A stretch of 64,000 nucleotides of DNA from contig CP181291.1 in assembly GCA_052279835.1 (NCBI GenBank), forward strand, positions 480,001 through 544,000. The letters are read 5' to 3'. This document shows, piece after piece, positions 1-10,801 of this stretch. The position numbers and the translations under genes were made by a program. Source of the stretch: Microcoleus sp. GTDB lineage: Bacteria > Cyanobacteriota > Cyanobacteriia > Cyanobacteriales > Microcoleaceae. A model generated the notes under the pieces. It searched no databases and was not told where the DNA came from. It saw only the letters and a program-made list of their open reading frames with translations. Each line of letters starts with the position of its first letter. Position 1 is the first letter of the stretch.

Positions 1-109
1 AGTTATTGGGTACAAGTTTAATATCAGAGCTATTTTAGAACTTTGTGGCAGTGTCGTGACAGTTTGGAAACCTGCCATTGTCTTTTTAGAAAATTAGGGA
101 TACAAAATT

Positions 110-856
110 ATGAAATTTATAGTTGGACAGAAACAGATTAATTTATCAAGGTTGATAATATTTGCTTGGAGTGCGATCGGGCTAGCATCATGTACAAATA
201 TACCTTGGGCGTTAGTCTCCGAACCGCAACCGGGAAACAGTGGACGAATAACATTTGCTGACTGGTGTCTCACGCGAGCAAATTTGATTCCTGAAGCTAA
301 ACATACTGTTGATGTGTTGTTGGAGAAAGCAGAGACTAATGATTGCGATGCGGCAGATCGAAAACTTTCTAGTCTCACGGAGCTCTACATCAACAACGAT
401 CAAATCAGTGATATCAAACCGCTAGCATCCTTGACTAACCTGAAGCAACTCGTCATCAGGGACAATCAGATCCGCGACATCAAACCGCTAGAATCCTTGA
501 CTAACCTGACTCGGCTCATCCTCAATGGAAATAAAATCAGGGACATCAAACCGCTAGAATCTTTGACCAACCTGAAGCAACTCGTCCTCAGCAACAATCA
601 AATCAACGACATCAAACCATTGCAATCTTTGACTAACCTGACTGAGCTTGGTCTCAACAACAATAAAATCAGCGAGATCAAACCCTTACAATCTTTGACT
701 AACCTGAGTGTGATCAACCTCGACGGCAATACAATCAGAGACATCAAACCCTTGCAATCTTTGACTAAATTGAATAGGCTCAACCTCAGCGGAAATCCGA
801 TCGCCCCCAAAACTTGTCCTCTCAAGCCAGAGTCTATCTGTAACTGGGAACCATAA
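110..856 (+). CDS. Internalin-like leucine-rich repeat protein with an N-terminal signal/lipoprotein-like segment
   Basis: Tandem 22-aa LRRs (LxxLxLxxNxIxDIKPLxSLT) follow a hydrophobic N-terminus ending in LASC. Confidence 0.9.
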   Translation: MKFIVGQKQINLSRLIIFAWSAIGLASCTNIPWALVSEPQPGNSGRITFADWCLTRANLIPEAKHTVDVLLEKAETNDCDAADRKLSSLTELYINNDQISDIKPLASLTNLKQLVIRDNQIRDIKPLESLTNLTRLILNGNKIRDIKPLESLTNLKQLVLSNNQINDIKPLQSLTNLTELGLNNNKISEIKPLQSLTNLSVINLDGNTIRDIKPLQSLTKLNRLNLSGNPIAPKTCPLKPESICNWEP

Positions 857-893
857 TTTACTAGAGGGAGGTACGGAGGCTGTGTTGTCGCTC

Positions 894-970
894 AAGTACG
901 ATCGCGAGTTCTATCCGTACATCGGCTTCAGTCAGGGGGAGATTGTCGGGAAGGTCGATCGTAAGAAGCA
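894..970 (-). pseudogene. 5' fragment copy of the UPF0175-like gene at 1811-1996
   Basis: 77-bp near-identical direct repeat of 1919-1995 that lacks the ATG and the 3' part. Confidence 0.75.
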
Positions 971-1046
971 AGACTGATTCTACTTGTTGATGTTAATTTA
1001 TTATCAGCTATTACCAGCGATCGCTCGTACCTAATATTAGATGCCT

Positions 1047-1418
1047 TTATTCAGACCTGATGTAAGTACCTAAAAATTCCAGTTGATTCATCATTTCTTC
1101 CGCCGACTTGCTACCAATCAAATTCAACAAACCGCGCAACTGTTCGCCGACAGAATAACTTTGTCGCGGCACAACAATAATACCCGCATGACTTTTACCT
1201 ACTGCAAGAAAGCTCCCGTGCAGCCAACAGAAATCTCGACTATTAAAAGTATAAATGACTCGATCTTGCTCTGCTGCCCATATCAATTGTTCTTCATCTA
1301 TACGTCCTAAATTATTGGCATCTGAGACAGTTACTACATCAATCCCATTTTCTCGCAAGGCTTGCACGAAAGCTTTTCTGAGCGTATCTTCATCTAAATA
1401 CAAACGAATCTGGCTCAT
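1047..1418 (-). CDS. DUF5615 family PIN-like toxin
   Basis: LYLDED...DEEQL..A....RVIYTFN.RDF...H.GIIV motif; coupled to an upstream DUF433 gene. Confidence 0.85.
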   Translation of the reverse strand: MSQIRLYLDEDTLRKAFVQALRENGIDVVTVSDANNLGRIDEEQLIWAAEQDRVIYTFNSRDFCWLHGSFLAVGKSHAGIIVVPRQSYSVGEQLRGLLNLIGSKSAEEMMNQLEFLGTYIRSE

Positions 1419-1711
1419 TAAATTCTCCCAGCCCTGCGATCGGCTTCCAATCGCTCGTACTCAGCTAATTCGGCAGCTAAATCAGCCTCAATTTCCTTGC
1501 GGTTAGCGTGATAGTAAGATAGCGCTGCATAAATTTGTGCTAAATTTAAATAGGAAATTTCTTCAAGTATTGCTTCTGCACTCATCCCTTGTTGATGCCA
1601 AACGGCAATTTGAGCGATAGAAATTCTAGTTCCCGCAATGCGGGGACGCCCTCCACAGGTTTCAGGCGTACTGACAACCAGCGTGCCGATGTCGATCGCA
1701 GTTGTTGACAT
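1418..1711 (-). CDS. DUF433 antitoxin
   Basis: PETCGGRPRIAGTRISI...YL..AQIYAALSYY motif. Confidence 0.9.
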   Translation of the reverse strand: MSTTAIDIGTLVVSTPETCGGRPRIAGTRISIAQIAVWHQQGMSAEAILEEISYLNLAQIYAALSYYHANRKEIEADLAAELAEYERLEADRRAGRI

Positions 1712-1810
1712 ACTTACCTCTTAGGAAAAACTCAAATCTAGCACAAACAGGACTTACGCATAGGTGTTTTGCAGTCATCGAAAAAGAAAAGCTGGATTGC
1801 GGGTGTCTCG

Positions 1811-1996
1811 TCAGTCATCAATACCATCCCACATTTCAGAAAATAGTTGGTAGAAGTCGTCCACAGACATTACAGCGAGTTGAGCGGCTTTATCTAGACT
1901 GAGGTTGTGCTGCTGATAAAGTACGATCGCGAGTTCTATCCTCACATCGGCTTCAGTCAGGGGGAGATTGTCGGGAAGGTCGATCGTAAGAAGCAT
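1811..1996 (-). CDS. UPF0175 family small antitoxin-like protein, possibly 3'-truncated
   Basis: ELAIVLYQQ..LSL.KAAQLA.MS..DF pattern. Confidence 0.65.
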   Translation of the reverse strand: MLLTIDLPDNLPLTEADVRIELAIVLYQQHNLSLDKAAQLAVMSVDDFYQLFSEMWDGIDD

Positions 1997-2127
1997 GATT
2001 TAAGGTACTTTTTAATTTCAGAGATTTGATATACTCCCCGCCCTAGATTGGTTGACAATTTGTGCAGGAAGTGGGTGCGAGTATCTGTTATTTTATTGTG
2101 TTGCTTAGCTATCCGAATCACTGAGTT

Positions 2128-2215
2128 CAACCTTGGCGGAAATCCGATCGCTCCCAAAACTTGCTCGATCGAGCTAGAGTCTATCTGTAAGTGGGAACCA
2201 CCAACTCAACCATAA
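2128..2215 (+). pseudogene. Orphan copy of the LRR gene 3' end
   Basis: Encodes NLGGNPIAPKTCSIELESICKWEPPTQP*, versus NLSGNPIAPKTCPLKPESICNWEP* at 781-856. Confidence 0.75.
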
Positions 2216-2808
2216 AACTTTACAGCCAGGTCAGACACGGCAATGGTGGGGGTCGTGGAGGGCGACGGTTTGACCGAATTTCTGTTGGACGATCGCCCAA
2301 ATTTCTGGTACCGATCGGATGGAAGTATAATCGATCGGGCGGCTGAGGTTAGCGCGATCGCGATCGGTCAGTTGAGATGCTGTGCTGTTCATAGTTATTT
2401 TTGTGATTTGTGTGACATTAAATTCTTTTCTCTCAATTTAGTATGAAATGTATCCTAACTGTATGTGCTTAGGTAGGGACAGTTAACAAATCTGTCTCTA
2501 CCTTTTAATTTTTATTGGGTGTATATACTTTAATTTTAATTGGTATTTTTGGAAGCTATTTATTTTCAATCTGCTGCTGTATGTCCCATAGTTATGAATT
2601 AATGGTTTGGGAAATTTGGCTAGTATGGTGTTTAATATTTGGTGCTTTTTGCCAAAATATGAAAATGTATATCTACGATGTAAGTATAAACATTTTCCAA
2701 AAAACTACCCTCGTCCTATTATAAATAACTATAGGTAAACGGGCAATAATTTGCGACAATAAAAATATACTTTTTTACCGCCGCTCGATCGCCCTGAAAC
2801 ATCAAGCA

Positions 2809-3663
2809 ATGAAATATTCTGCATCCACTCCCAGAAGCCACAGCACAGCATCTCGCTTTGACGGTTTATCTTTAGACGATCGCAATCCCGAATTCATTAA
2901 ACTGATGTTGCCGATCTGGGAGTGGCTATACCGCTACTATTTTCGCGTAGAAAGCGACGGCTGGCAATACGTCCCAGCGAGCGGAAAAATGCTGGTTGTG
3001 GGTTCTCACAACGGCGGAATTGTGGCACCAGATATGTTTATGTTCCTATACGAATGGTTCCACAGGTACGGCACCGAAAGGTTAGCCTATGGATTAATGC
3101 ACCCGACGGTTTGGAAAGTTTCTCCTGAGCTTGCTAGCATGGCAGTGCAGTGTGGTGCGATCAAGGCCCATCCCAAAATGGCGATCGCAGCTTTGCGCAA
3201 AAATATTCCAGTGCTCGTCTATCCAGGCGGCGCAGAAGATACTTTCCGTCCCTATCACTTACGCGATAAAATTTACTTTGCTGGACGCAAAGGATTTATT
3301 AAATTAGCCCTGCGAGAAACAGTTCCCATTGTACCAATTATCTCCCACGGTGCCCACGATACTTTGATGGTACTGGGAGATTTTTATCAGGAAGTAAAGC
3401 AATTACATGAATGGGGGATGCCGTGGTTATTTGGCATCGATCCGGTGGTGTTTCCGGTGTATTTAGGATTGCCTTGGGGATTGAGTTTTGGGCCTTTGCC
3501 CCATCTACCTTTGCCCGTACAAATTCGGACTCGCGTGTGTAAACCCATCGTCTTTGAGAGGTATGGTGCGGATGCTGCGGGCGATCGCGATTATGTTGAT
3601 GCTTGTTTCGATTTAGTTACAATGCAAATGCAACAGGAATTAGACCGTTTAATTGCCAATTAA
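2809..3663 (+). CDS. Lysophospholipid/glycerol acyltransferase family protein (PlsC/DGAT2-like)
   Basis: HNGG..PD, LVYPGG.E, RKGFIKLAL..VPIVP motifs. Confidence 0.85.
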   Translation: MKYSASTPRSHSTASRFDGLSLDDRNPEFIKLMLPIWEWLYRYYFRVESDGWQYVPASGKMLVVGSHNGGIVAPDMFMFLYEWFHRYGTERLAYGLMHPTVWKVSPELASMAVQCGAIKAHPKMAIAALRKNIPVLVYPGGAEDTFRPYHLRDKIYFAGRKGFIKLALRETVPIVPIISHGAHDTLMVLGDFYQEVKQLHEWGMPWLFGIDPVVFPVYLGLPWGLSFGPLPHLPLPVQIRTRVCKPIVFERYGADAAGDRDYVDACFDLVTMQMQQELDRLIAN

Positions 3664-3748
3664 AAATTGCAACATATATGATTCTCGGTCCAAAGGAAGG
3701 AGAGGCATCGGACATTGGTAATAAATAACCACTAACCAATCACCAAAA

Positions 3749-4858
3749 TTACACCTCCGAAGCGCGCAATTGTCCGCAGGCTGCATCCGCCTCCAACCCG
3801 CGAGAATATCGCACGCTAACTGCAATTTTCTTCTCCTTCAAAGCAGCCACAAAACCATTAACTCGATTGGGAGTAGGGCGCTGATATTCCGCTTCCTGAA
3901 TCGGATTGTAAGGAATTAAATTGACGTGACACTGAAAACCGCGCAAATGAGTTGCTAACTCCGCTGCGTGCTCCGGTAAATCATTTACACCTGCTAACAG
4001 GACATATTCAAAACTCAACCTGCGCCCCGTAGATTGCACATATTCGCGACATTCTGCTACTAATTCATCCAAAGGATAAGGACGGGCGCTAGGAATTAAC
4101 TCTTCGCGCAATCTTTGATTGGAAGCGTGGAGACTAACGGCGAGGGTAACTTGTAAATGATGTTCGGCTAATTGGCGGATGCGATTGCGAATTCCCACGG
4201 TGGAAATGGTGATGTTGCGTTGTCCAATTCCCACATCTTGATTCAAACATTTGACAGCAGCTACAACGTTGTCTGCATTCAGCAATGGTTCTCCCATCCC
4301 CATAAATACGATGTGGCTGACTCTACGCCCGAAATCTTGCTGAACTGTTAATACTTGATCGACGATTTCGTGTTTTTCTAAATTGCGCTTAAAACCGCCT
4401 TTTCCTGTAGCGCAAAAATCGCAGCCCATGGCGCAGCCCACTTGTGCAGACACGCACACTGTTAGTCGTTTTTCGGTGGGAATGCCTACGGTTTCAATGA
4501 TTTGACCGTCGGCTAATTTTAGAAGATACTTGACGGTGGAGTCTGGTGCAACCGATCGATAGTGAATAGTCGATCGCCCGATCGGAATTTTCGCCACAGT
4601 CTCGCGCCACTGTTTCGAGAATACAGAAATCTCAGAAAGCGATCGAGCCCCTTTTTCATAAATCCACTGGTACAACTGCGAACCGCGATAAGCAGGTTGG
4701 CCCTGTTGCTGCACCCACTCCGTTAACTCAGCCAAACTCGCCCCCAACAAGGGCGGAATTTTACCAGTATTAACACCAGAAGCAGCCGTCTTGGTAGACT
4801 GATTTGCACCCTTGGAATTACCAGAAGAGTACACCTGAGAAACGGAAGTACGAGGCAT
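3749..4858 (-). CDS. rlmN: 23S rRNA (A2503)-C2 methyltransferase RlmN (radical SAM)
   Basis: [31 protein letters not shown]. Confidence 0.95.
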   Translation of the reverse strand: MPRTSVSQVYSSGNSKGANQSTKTAASGVNTGKIPPLLGASLAELTEWVQQQGQPAYRGSQLYQWIYEKGARSLSEISVFSKQWRETVAKIPIGRSTIHYRSVAPDSTVKYLLKLADGQIIETVGIPTEKRLTVCVSAQVGCAMGCDFCATGKGGFKRNLEKHEIVDQVLTVQQDFGRRVSHIVFMGMGEPLLNADNVVAAVKCLNQDVGIGQRNITISTVGIRNRIRQLAEHHLQVTLAVSLHASNQRLREELIPSARPYPLDELVAECREYVQSTGRRLSFEYVLLAGVNDLPEHAAELATHLRGFQCHVNLIPYNPIQEAEYQRPTPNRVNGFVAALKEKKIAVSVRYSRGLEADAACGQLRASEV

Positions 4859-5233
4859 AGGTCATCACAAAATTTAAAGCCACCCTCTATCTTAAAACTT
4901 CTTGACCAAAGCTGCCGTCTCTTGGGGGGCGAAGTTGGCTAGAACCCACTTCATAAATATTTTCTGCCAATTAATTAGAAATTTACCTCAACTTCCCCTT
5001 TTATATAAAATCCTCTCTTCATCGTCCTGTATTAAACTCTCTCTTCTCTTCCTCTTTCCCCCCTTGGGGGGGGCAGGGGGGGGTCGTCCTTTGCGCCTTC
5101 GCGGTTAAATCATTCCGATACAACCGGAATTGATATTAAATTTAGTGGGGTGCGACGGGTTGATGTAGATGGGTGAAACTCGCCCCTACCAGATTTGGGC
5201 TGATGTGGGTTGTTTGTGGGATTCACTGTCAAC

Positions 5234-5275
5234 AAAAAAAAAGATGCTGCCTCTCAATCGAGGGCAGCTACTTCT
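5234..5275 (-). terminator. Intrinsic terminator of the 5310-5516 gene
   Basis: Minus strand GCTGCCCTCGATTGAGAGGCAGC hairpin followed by a long T run. Confidence 0.65.
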
Positions 5276-5309
5276 GTAAAGCATTTTATTGTCTCTCAAA
5301 ACTGCTGGA

Positions 5310-5516
5310 TTAACCTTCAGTATTTCCCGATTTATTCGGTAGTTGCAAGTCATCAGGATCGACATAATGACAAACTGCTTTGTCTATGCAAATCAATGCC
5401 CAACCAGACTTATCAATACTCATCAGCTTGTAGGATGCTGGCTGAATAAAGAAACCTTTGTGATTGCGAGTCGCTGGCTTGATATTAACGTGGTTCTCAG
5501 TGCTCATAGTCTTCAA
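5310..5516 (-). CDS. Small hypothetical protein
   Basis: 68-aa ORF with an upstream AGGAG and a downstream terminator. Confidence 0.55.
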   Translation of the reverse strand: MKTMSTENHVNIKPATRNHKGFFIQPASYKLMSIDKSGWALICIDKAVCHYVDPDDLQLPNKSGNTEG

Positions 5517-5706
5517 ACTCCTGGTACTGTATTGTTAACTAAGTCTGTACTCCGCTGGGCGGATTGCTGAATCGTCTAAGTTTTCAAATACTAGCACTGC
5601 CTTCCTGAGATTTCCATAAAGTTATTTATTGATTTATTACGATCTCGTAATAAATCCCCAAGCCGATTTCTGCGATCCCCGCGCAAAAATCGACTGGTTT
5701 CTGTGG

Positions 5707-6123
5707 TTAAGGCTCAAACAGCCATTGTTGAACGCGGGTGAGACTCTTCCAGTCCGGTTTTCTGCTTAACCCATCTTCAAAATTCTTTTTAACTTCTTCT
5801 AGCAACTCGTCGGATGCCATCAAGAGTTGCTGAGTTATTTCTACATGAGGCCGCACTCCTTTTTCTTTCAGGTCGAGGATGGCGACTGCTAGGTTGATCC
5901 GGGCTTGGGGGTCGTGAGGGTTCAATTTAACGGCGGTTTTCGCTGCTTTTTGGGCTGATGATGGTTTATCTTCCAATAGGTATAGCCATGCGAGACTAGC
6001 CCAAGCATTGCCGTTTTTAGGGGCTTTCAGGCACACTTCTTTGAACAGGGGAATCAAGTCTTTTGGGGCTTCTCCTGCTTGGTAGCGATCGAAACCATCT
6101 TTAAACAATTCTTCAGGGGTCAT
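5707..6123 (-). CDS. TPR repeat protein
   Basis: AW.SLAWLYLL...A..AAK.AVKLNP.DPQARINLA; likely start at MTPEELF. Confidence 0.8.
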   Translation of the reverse strand: MTPEELFKDGFDRYQAGEAPKDLIPLFKEVCLKAPKNGNAWASLAWLYLLEDKPSSAQKAAKTAVKLNPHDPQARINLAVAILDLKEKGVRPHVEITQQLLMASDELLEEVKKNFEDGLSRKPDWKSLTRVQQWLFEP

Positions 6124-6196
6124 GGGAGTTGAGATTTGGAATTTGGGATTGAAAAGGGCATTGGGCAATTAATGATTGTTTGCCCAATTTTCTTGT

Positions 6197-6550
6197 TTAT
6201 GTAGAAAAAGAACTACCACAGCCACAAGTTTGGGTAGCGTTGGGGTTGGTAAACTGAAAGCCGCCGCCGATCATGGCGTCGCTGAAGTCTAGGACTAAAC
6301 CGTAGAGATAGAGAATGCTTTTGCGATCGCACACTACCTGAAAGCCTTCGTAATCGAACACTTCATCGTCGGATTGGACGGTGCTGGGGTCTGCGAAATC
6401 CATCACATAAGACATACCAGAACAGCCACCCTGGCGCACTCCTACGCGCAAGCAGAGGTCTTTGCCTTGTTTTTCTCTCAGGCTCAATACTTGACGGACT
6501 GCGGAGTCAGTCATTTGAATGCCCCGCTTTTGGGAAATGGCTTGAGTCAT
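6197..6550 (-). CDS. iscA: A-type Fe-S cluster carrier (IscA/SufA, HesB family)
   Basis: GGCSGMSY and NPNA..TCGCGSSF motifs. Confidence 0.9.
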   Translation of the reverse strand: MTQAISQKRGIQMTDSAVRQVLSLREKQGKDLCLRVGVRQGGCSGMSYVMDFADPSTVQSDDEVFDYEGFQVVCDRKSILYLYGLVLDFSDAMIGGGFQFTNPNATQTCGCGSSFST

Positions 6551-6714
6551 AATTTTTTGAACTCCTGATACTATTTGATCCTAAGAGTTTCATCTTAATT
6601 CATCCATTGTACAGGTGTTGTCCCCCCCTTTCCCCCTAGGGTTTATGATTGAAAGGCAGCGGTTGACCCTTAGTGGGGCACCGCAACCATGCTTCACCCA
6701 ACGGGCTTACTCTA

Positions 6715-8352
6715 ATGGCAGCGCTGAATCGCTCTACTCTTCGTCGGCTACAAAACTTACCTCAAATTCCCAGCGTGTGGGAGGGCGATCGCCGACCCTT
6801 GTCTAATGCTGACTCACACGCGATCGTAGACGACGATGACTTCCTAGAGGAGGGTGGCGAGTGCATTCTCTGGGTGGATGGCTCTGAAGGGGTTGTCAGG
6901 GCTATGGATATGGTGGGCCCGGATGCTGGCCCAGAGGCGATCGTCCGGGCACTGCTGCGAGCGATGGAACATCCCCAAAGTCCCTCTCCCGCAGTCCGCC
7001 CTCAAAAAATAGTTGTCAAAAACCGAGAAATTCAATTTTATCTGCGGGGGGTACTTCAAGATTTAGGTATTGCGATCGACTATGTACCGGAATTACCCCT
7101 CATAGACGAAATATTTCGGGGAATGGAAGAGGTTGCCGTCAACAGACCTCCTGAATTGCCTCCTGAGTATGCTGATGTTCTCATGGAAAAAGCTGCTCAA
7201 ATTTGGCACGATGCTCCGTGGCAGACTTTGAGAGAACATCAGATTATATCTATTGAAGTCAATCAATGGGATGTCGCCAGCCTTTACGTGTCTGTATTGG
7301 GTCAGGGCAGAATGGATTATGGAGTTTTACTCTATCGCTCCCTAGAATCGTTGAAGCGGTTTCGAGAGCGAGTCGTTAATGATGATTCTTTTGAAGATTT
7401 GGAACAGGCTTTTTTAGGGCAAGATTGTTTGTTTCTCACCTTTGAAAGTGCCATGGAACTTGATGAAGATGAGGAAGAAATTGATTTAGCCGATTTGCCT
7501 CCATCCGAAATTGAACCGAATTTTGGCAACCTGCATCCTTTAGAAGGTTTGCGATCGATTCTTTATGAAGAAGAAGCCCTGACAATGTTAGTTGCTCTCG
7601 AAGCATTTCACCGCTTTTTCCGCAATAGTCGTCGCAAACTGGCAGCAGAAACATTTCCCACCCTCAGCAGCCGCTACCGCATCCCCGTTCCGCTTGCTGA
7701 GGGGGAAACTCAGCAGGTATCGGTGAAAGTTTCCACGATGCCGGAGGTATCCGACGAATTGTGGCAGATGCTGGAAGATGATGATGATGATGACGATGAT
7801 GAATTTGAAATGCCTCCACTGCGGGACGATTTAGTACCGCCTAATTCATTTTTGAGTCTCGGTGTCGTACCTTGGGCAACGGTAGATTTTTTGCGTGGCA
7901 ATGCCCAGTTTTATCAAGGTGCAGAAGTTGATATTAATCCCAGTGGAGATGGTTTGCCGGTGGTGATGATTCAAACTTCCCATCCGAAGGCAAAAACCAT
8001 GATTCAGGATTTGAAGGAAGCAGAAGGAGTCAAGGCAATTTGCTTTAATCCGGGGGAAGATCCTTTTCAAGATGAGCAATACGATTTGGGTATTCTGCAA
8101 GCTAAAAATGGCGATTTGTATTTGTTTGGAGAGTTTAATGAAGACGATCCGGTGCATCAAGCAGCGCGGCAAAAATGGGAGCGTCGCTGTCAATCAACTC
8201 AAGGTTGGTGTGGTTTGGTGATTGCTAAAGGGTTGATGGGTGCTTCTCGCGGCCAACCTCAACTTAAAGATATGATCGCTTTGTTTGAAGTGCGCTGGGT
8301 GTCTGCTAAAGATTTAGGCATTGGGCCACTGCAATTGATGCCGACGTTTTGA
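6715..8352 (+). CDS. Conserved cyanobacterial hypothetical acidic protein
   Basis: Long ORF; probable start MAALNRST; no catalytic motif recognised. Confidence 0.7.
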   Translation: MAALNRSTLRRLQNLPQIPSVWEGDRRPLSNADSHAIVDDDDFLEEGGECILWVDGSEGVVRAMDMVGPDAGPEAIVRALLRAMEHPQSPSPAVRPQKIVVKNREIQFYLRGVLQDLGIAIDYVPELPLIDEIFRGMEEVAVNRPPELPPEYADVLMEKAAQIWHDAPWQTLREHQIISIEVNQWDVASLYVSVLGQGRMDYGVLLYRSLESLKRFRERVVNDDSFEDLEQAFLGQDCLFLTFESAMELDEDEEEIDLADLPPSEIEPNFGNLHPLEGLRSILYEEEALTMLVALEAFHRFFRNSRRKLAAETFPTLSSRYRIPVPLAEGETQQVSVKVSTMPEVSDELWQMLEDDDDDDDDEFEMPPLRDDLVPPNSFLSLGVVPWATVDFLRGNAQFYQGAEVDINPSGDGLPVVMIQTSHPKAKTMIQDLKEAEGVKAICFNPGEDPFQDEQYDLGILQAKNGDLYLFGEFNEDDPVHQAARQKWERRCQSTQGWCGLVIAKGLMGASRGQPQLKDMIALFEVRWVSAKDLGIGPLQLMPTF

Positions 8353-8462
8353 TGTTAGTTGGCGGTTGACGGTTGACTGTTGACAGTTAACTGTCTTTCC
8401 TCAAATTTCTGATATTCTTAAATTTGTTACAATTTGTAAAAATACACTAAAGGATAGGGAAA

Positions 8463-9899
8463 ATGCGGGTTGCGATCGCAGGTGCAGGACTGGCTGGAAT
8501 GACAACAGCAGTCGATTTAGTGGATGCAGGCCACCAAGTAGAAATTTTTGAATCCCGCCCCTTTGTCGGTGGCAAAGTTGGCAGTTGGGTAGATCCAGAT
8601 GGCAATCACGTTGAAATGGGTTTACACGTCTTCTTCGGCTGCTATTATAACTTATTTGCTCTCATGAAAAAAGTGGGAGCTTTTGACGATTTGCTCCTGA
8701 AAGAACACGTCCACACTTTTATCAATCGAGGTGGCGAAACTGGTAGTTTAGATTTTCGTTTCCCGGTAGGTGCTCCTTTCCACGGATTGAAGGCATTTTT
8801 CACTACATCTCAGCTATCGGTACAGGACAAAATCCAAAATTCCCTCGCCCTGGGAACTAGCCCCATCGTCCGAGGTTTGATCGACTTTGATGGGGCGATG
8901 AAAACAATCCGCGATTTGGATAAAATCAGTTTTGCTGACTGGTTTCGCAGCCACGGTGGCAACCAAAATTCCCTCAAAAGAATGTGGAATCCGATCGCCT
9001 ATGCTCTAGGTTTTATTGATACTGAAAATATTTCTGCCCGGTGTATGTTGACAATTTTTCAATTCTTTGCTACCAAAACAGAAGCCTCGGTGATGCGAAT
9101 GTTGGCGGGTTCTCCTAACGAATATTTGCACAAACCAATTGTGGAATATTTGGAACGCAAAGGTACAAAAATTTACACGCGGCGCAGAGTGCGAGAAATT
9201 CAGTTTCAAGAAGGTGGAGAAACTCGCGTCACGGGCTTAGCTGTAGCTAGCGGGGAAACTGAAGAAATTATTACTGCCGATGCCTATGTTTTTGCCTTGG
9301 ATGTGCCGGGAATTCAGAAAATATTACCCCCAGCTTGGCGGAAATGGTCGGACTTTGATAATATTTACAAGTTGGATGCTGTGCCGGTGGCGACAGTGCA
9401 ATTGCGGTTTGACGGTTGGGTAACGGAATTGGAAGATGAAGCCAAACGCAAACAATTAAGTCATGCTGTAGGAATTGATAATTTGCTCTATTCCGCCGAT
9501 GCAGATTTTTCTTGTTTTGCTGATTTGGCGCTGACAAGTCCCAAGGATTATTATAAGGAAGGAGAAGGTTCTCTGTTACAGTTGGTTTTGACTCCTGGAG
9601 ATCCGTTTATTAAACAAAGCAATGAGGCGATCGCCCAACACGTACTCAAGCAAGTTCAGGATTTATTCCCATCAGCGCGGGAATTAAACATGACTTGGTA
9701 TAGTGTAGTGAAGCTGGCTCAATCTTTGTATCGGGAAGCACCGGGAATGGATCTTTATCGGCCTGCTCAAAAAACGCCGATCAGCAATTTCTTTCTAGCA
9801 GGAAGTTACACTCAGCAAGATTATATTGATAGCATGGAAGGAGCAACACTTTCGGGCCATCAAGCGGCTAAGGCAATTCTGGAAGCTTACAGTCCTTAG
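8463..9899 (+). CDS. zds: 9,9'-di-cis-zeta-carotene desaturase
   Basis: GAGLAG Rossmann motif, [27 protein letters not shown]. Confidence 0.93.
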   Translation: MRVAIAGAGLAGMTTAVDLVDAGHQVEIFESRPFVGGKVGSWVDPDGNHVEMGLHVFFGCYYNLFALMKKVGAFDDLLLKEHVHTFINRGGETGSLDFRFPVGAPFHGLKAFFTTSQLSVQDKIQNSLALGTSPIVRGLIDFDGAMKTIRDLDKISFADWFRSHGGNQNSLKRMWNPIAYALGFIDTENISARCMLTIFQFFATKTEASVMRMLAGSPNEYLHKPIVEYLERKGTKIYTRRRVREIQFQEGGETRVTGLAVASGETEEIITADAYVFALDVPGIQKILPPAWRKWSDFDNIYKLDAVPVATVQLRFDGWVTELEDEAKRKQLSHAVGIDNLLYSADADFSCFADLALTSPKDYYKEGEGSLLQLVLTPGDPFIKQSNEAIAQHVLKQVQDLFPSARELNMTWYSVVKLAQSLYREAPGMDLYRPAQKTPISNFFLAGSYTQQDYIDSMEGATLSGHQAAKAILEAYSP

Positions 9900-9963
9900 T
9901 CCTTTTAATTAAACTTCCTATACAGATGGCCCAAAACCTTACTGTATCAATAGCCTTCCTGAA

Positions 9964-10280
9964 TTTCCCCCTTCCCCCCCTTGGGCGGGGCTAGGGGGGC
10001 TGAATTCTTCCTTCTTACTTCTTCATTCTTACTTCCCCCCTTGGGGGGGGCTGGGGGGGGTGAATTCTTGCTTCTTGCTTCTTACTTCCCCCCTTGGGGG
10101 GGGCTGGGGGGGGTGAATTCTTGCTTCTTGCTTCTTACTTCCCCCCTTGGGGGGGGCTGGGGGGGGTGAATTCTTGCTTCTTGCTTCTTACTTCCCCCCT
10201 TGGGGGGGGCTGGGGGGGGTGAATTCTTGCTTCTTGCTTCTTGCTTCTTGCTTCTTGCTTCTTGCTTCTTCCTTCTTCCT
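9964..10280. repeat. Five tandem ~52-60 bp units (C6-TT-G7/8-CT-G8-TGAATTC) interleaved with (TTCTTGC)n
   Basis: Seen directly; the same C/G hairpin motif also occurs at ~5057, ~18880 and ~31395-31460. Confidence 0.9.
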
Positions 10281-10287
10281 TATACTT

Positions 10288-10801
10288 ATGAGTTCTTTTG
10301 CTAATTTGCTGGGTATTGGGCTAAGTCTATGTTTGCTGGGATGTTCGCCGACAATGCCTGTAGCGAATTCTGAGGTTACTGCTACTTTGGCATTGCAGCC
10401 TACATTGACAGCTTCCCAAGGTCAAGTTTTACCTGTTTCCGCTAAAGCCAGGATAGCCGATCGCTCGATCGAACTTGAAGTAGCTACCACCGCCGAACAA
10501 CAGGCTATGGGTTTAATGTATAGAAACTTCTCTTCCTGATGACAGAGGGATGTTGTTTGAGTTCAAACCTGCGCGATGGGTGAATTTTTGGATGAAAAAT
10601 TGTGAGATTTCTCTGGATATGATTTTTCTGCGCGATGGAGTGGTGACAGCCATCCAATCTGCGGCACCTCCTTGTACTGCCGATCCTTGTCCCACCTATG
10701 GCCCCGATACGATGGTCGATCGAGTCATCGAACTCCGTAGCGGGCGGGCTGCTGAACTTGGTCTCAAAGTTGGCGATCGAATTGCGATCGAGTTCATTTA
10801 A
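10288..10801 (+). CDS. DUF192 family lipoprotein, split by +1 A at ~10525
   Basis: LLGC lipobox, ELEVA.T..QQ.MGLMYR, RGMLF.F...FWMKNC.ISLDMIF, VIELRSG. Confidence 0.85.

Noticed and set aside
2243..2724. ORFs 2243-2446 and 2515-2724
   Set aside because: No recognisable motifs; HIP1-rich or AT-rich intergenic DNA upstream of the acyltransferase
9964..10280. Possible CRISPR array and ORFs 9981-10169 / 10147-10287
   Set aside because: The intervening sequences are the same microsatellite rather than unique spacers; the ORFs are translations of the repeat
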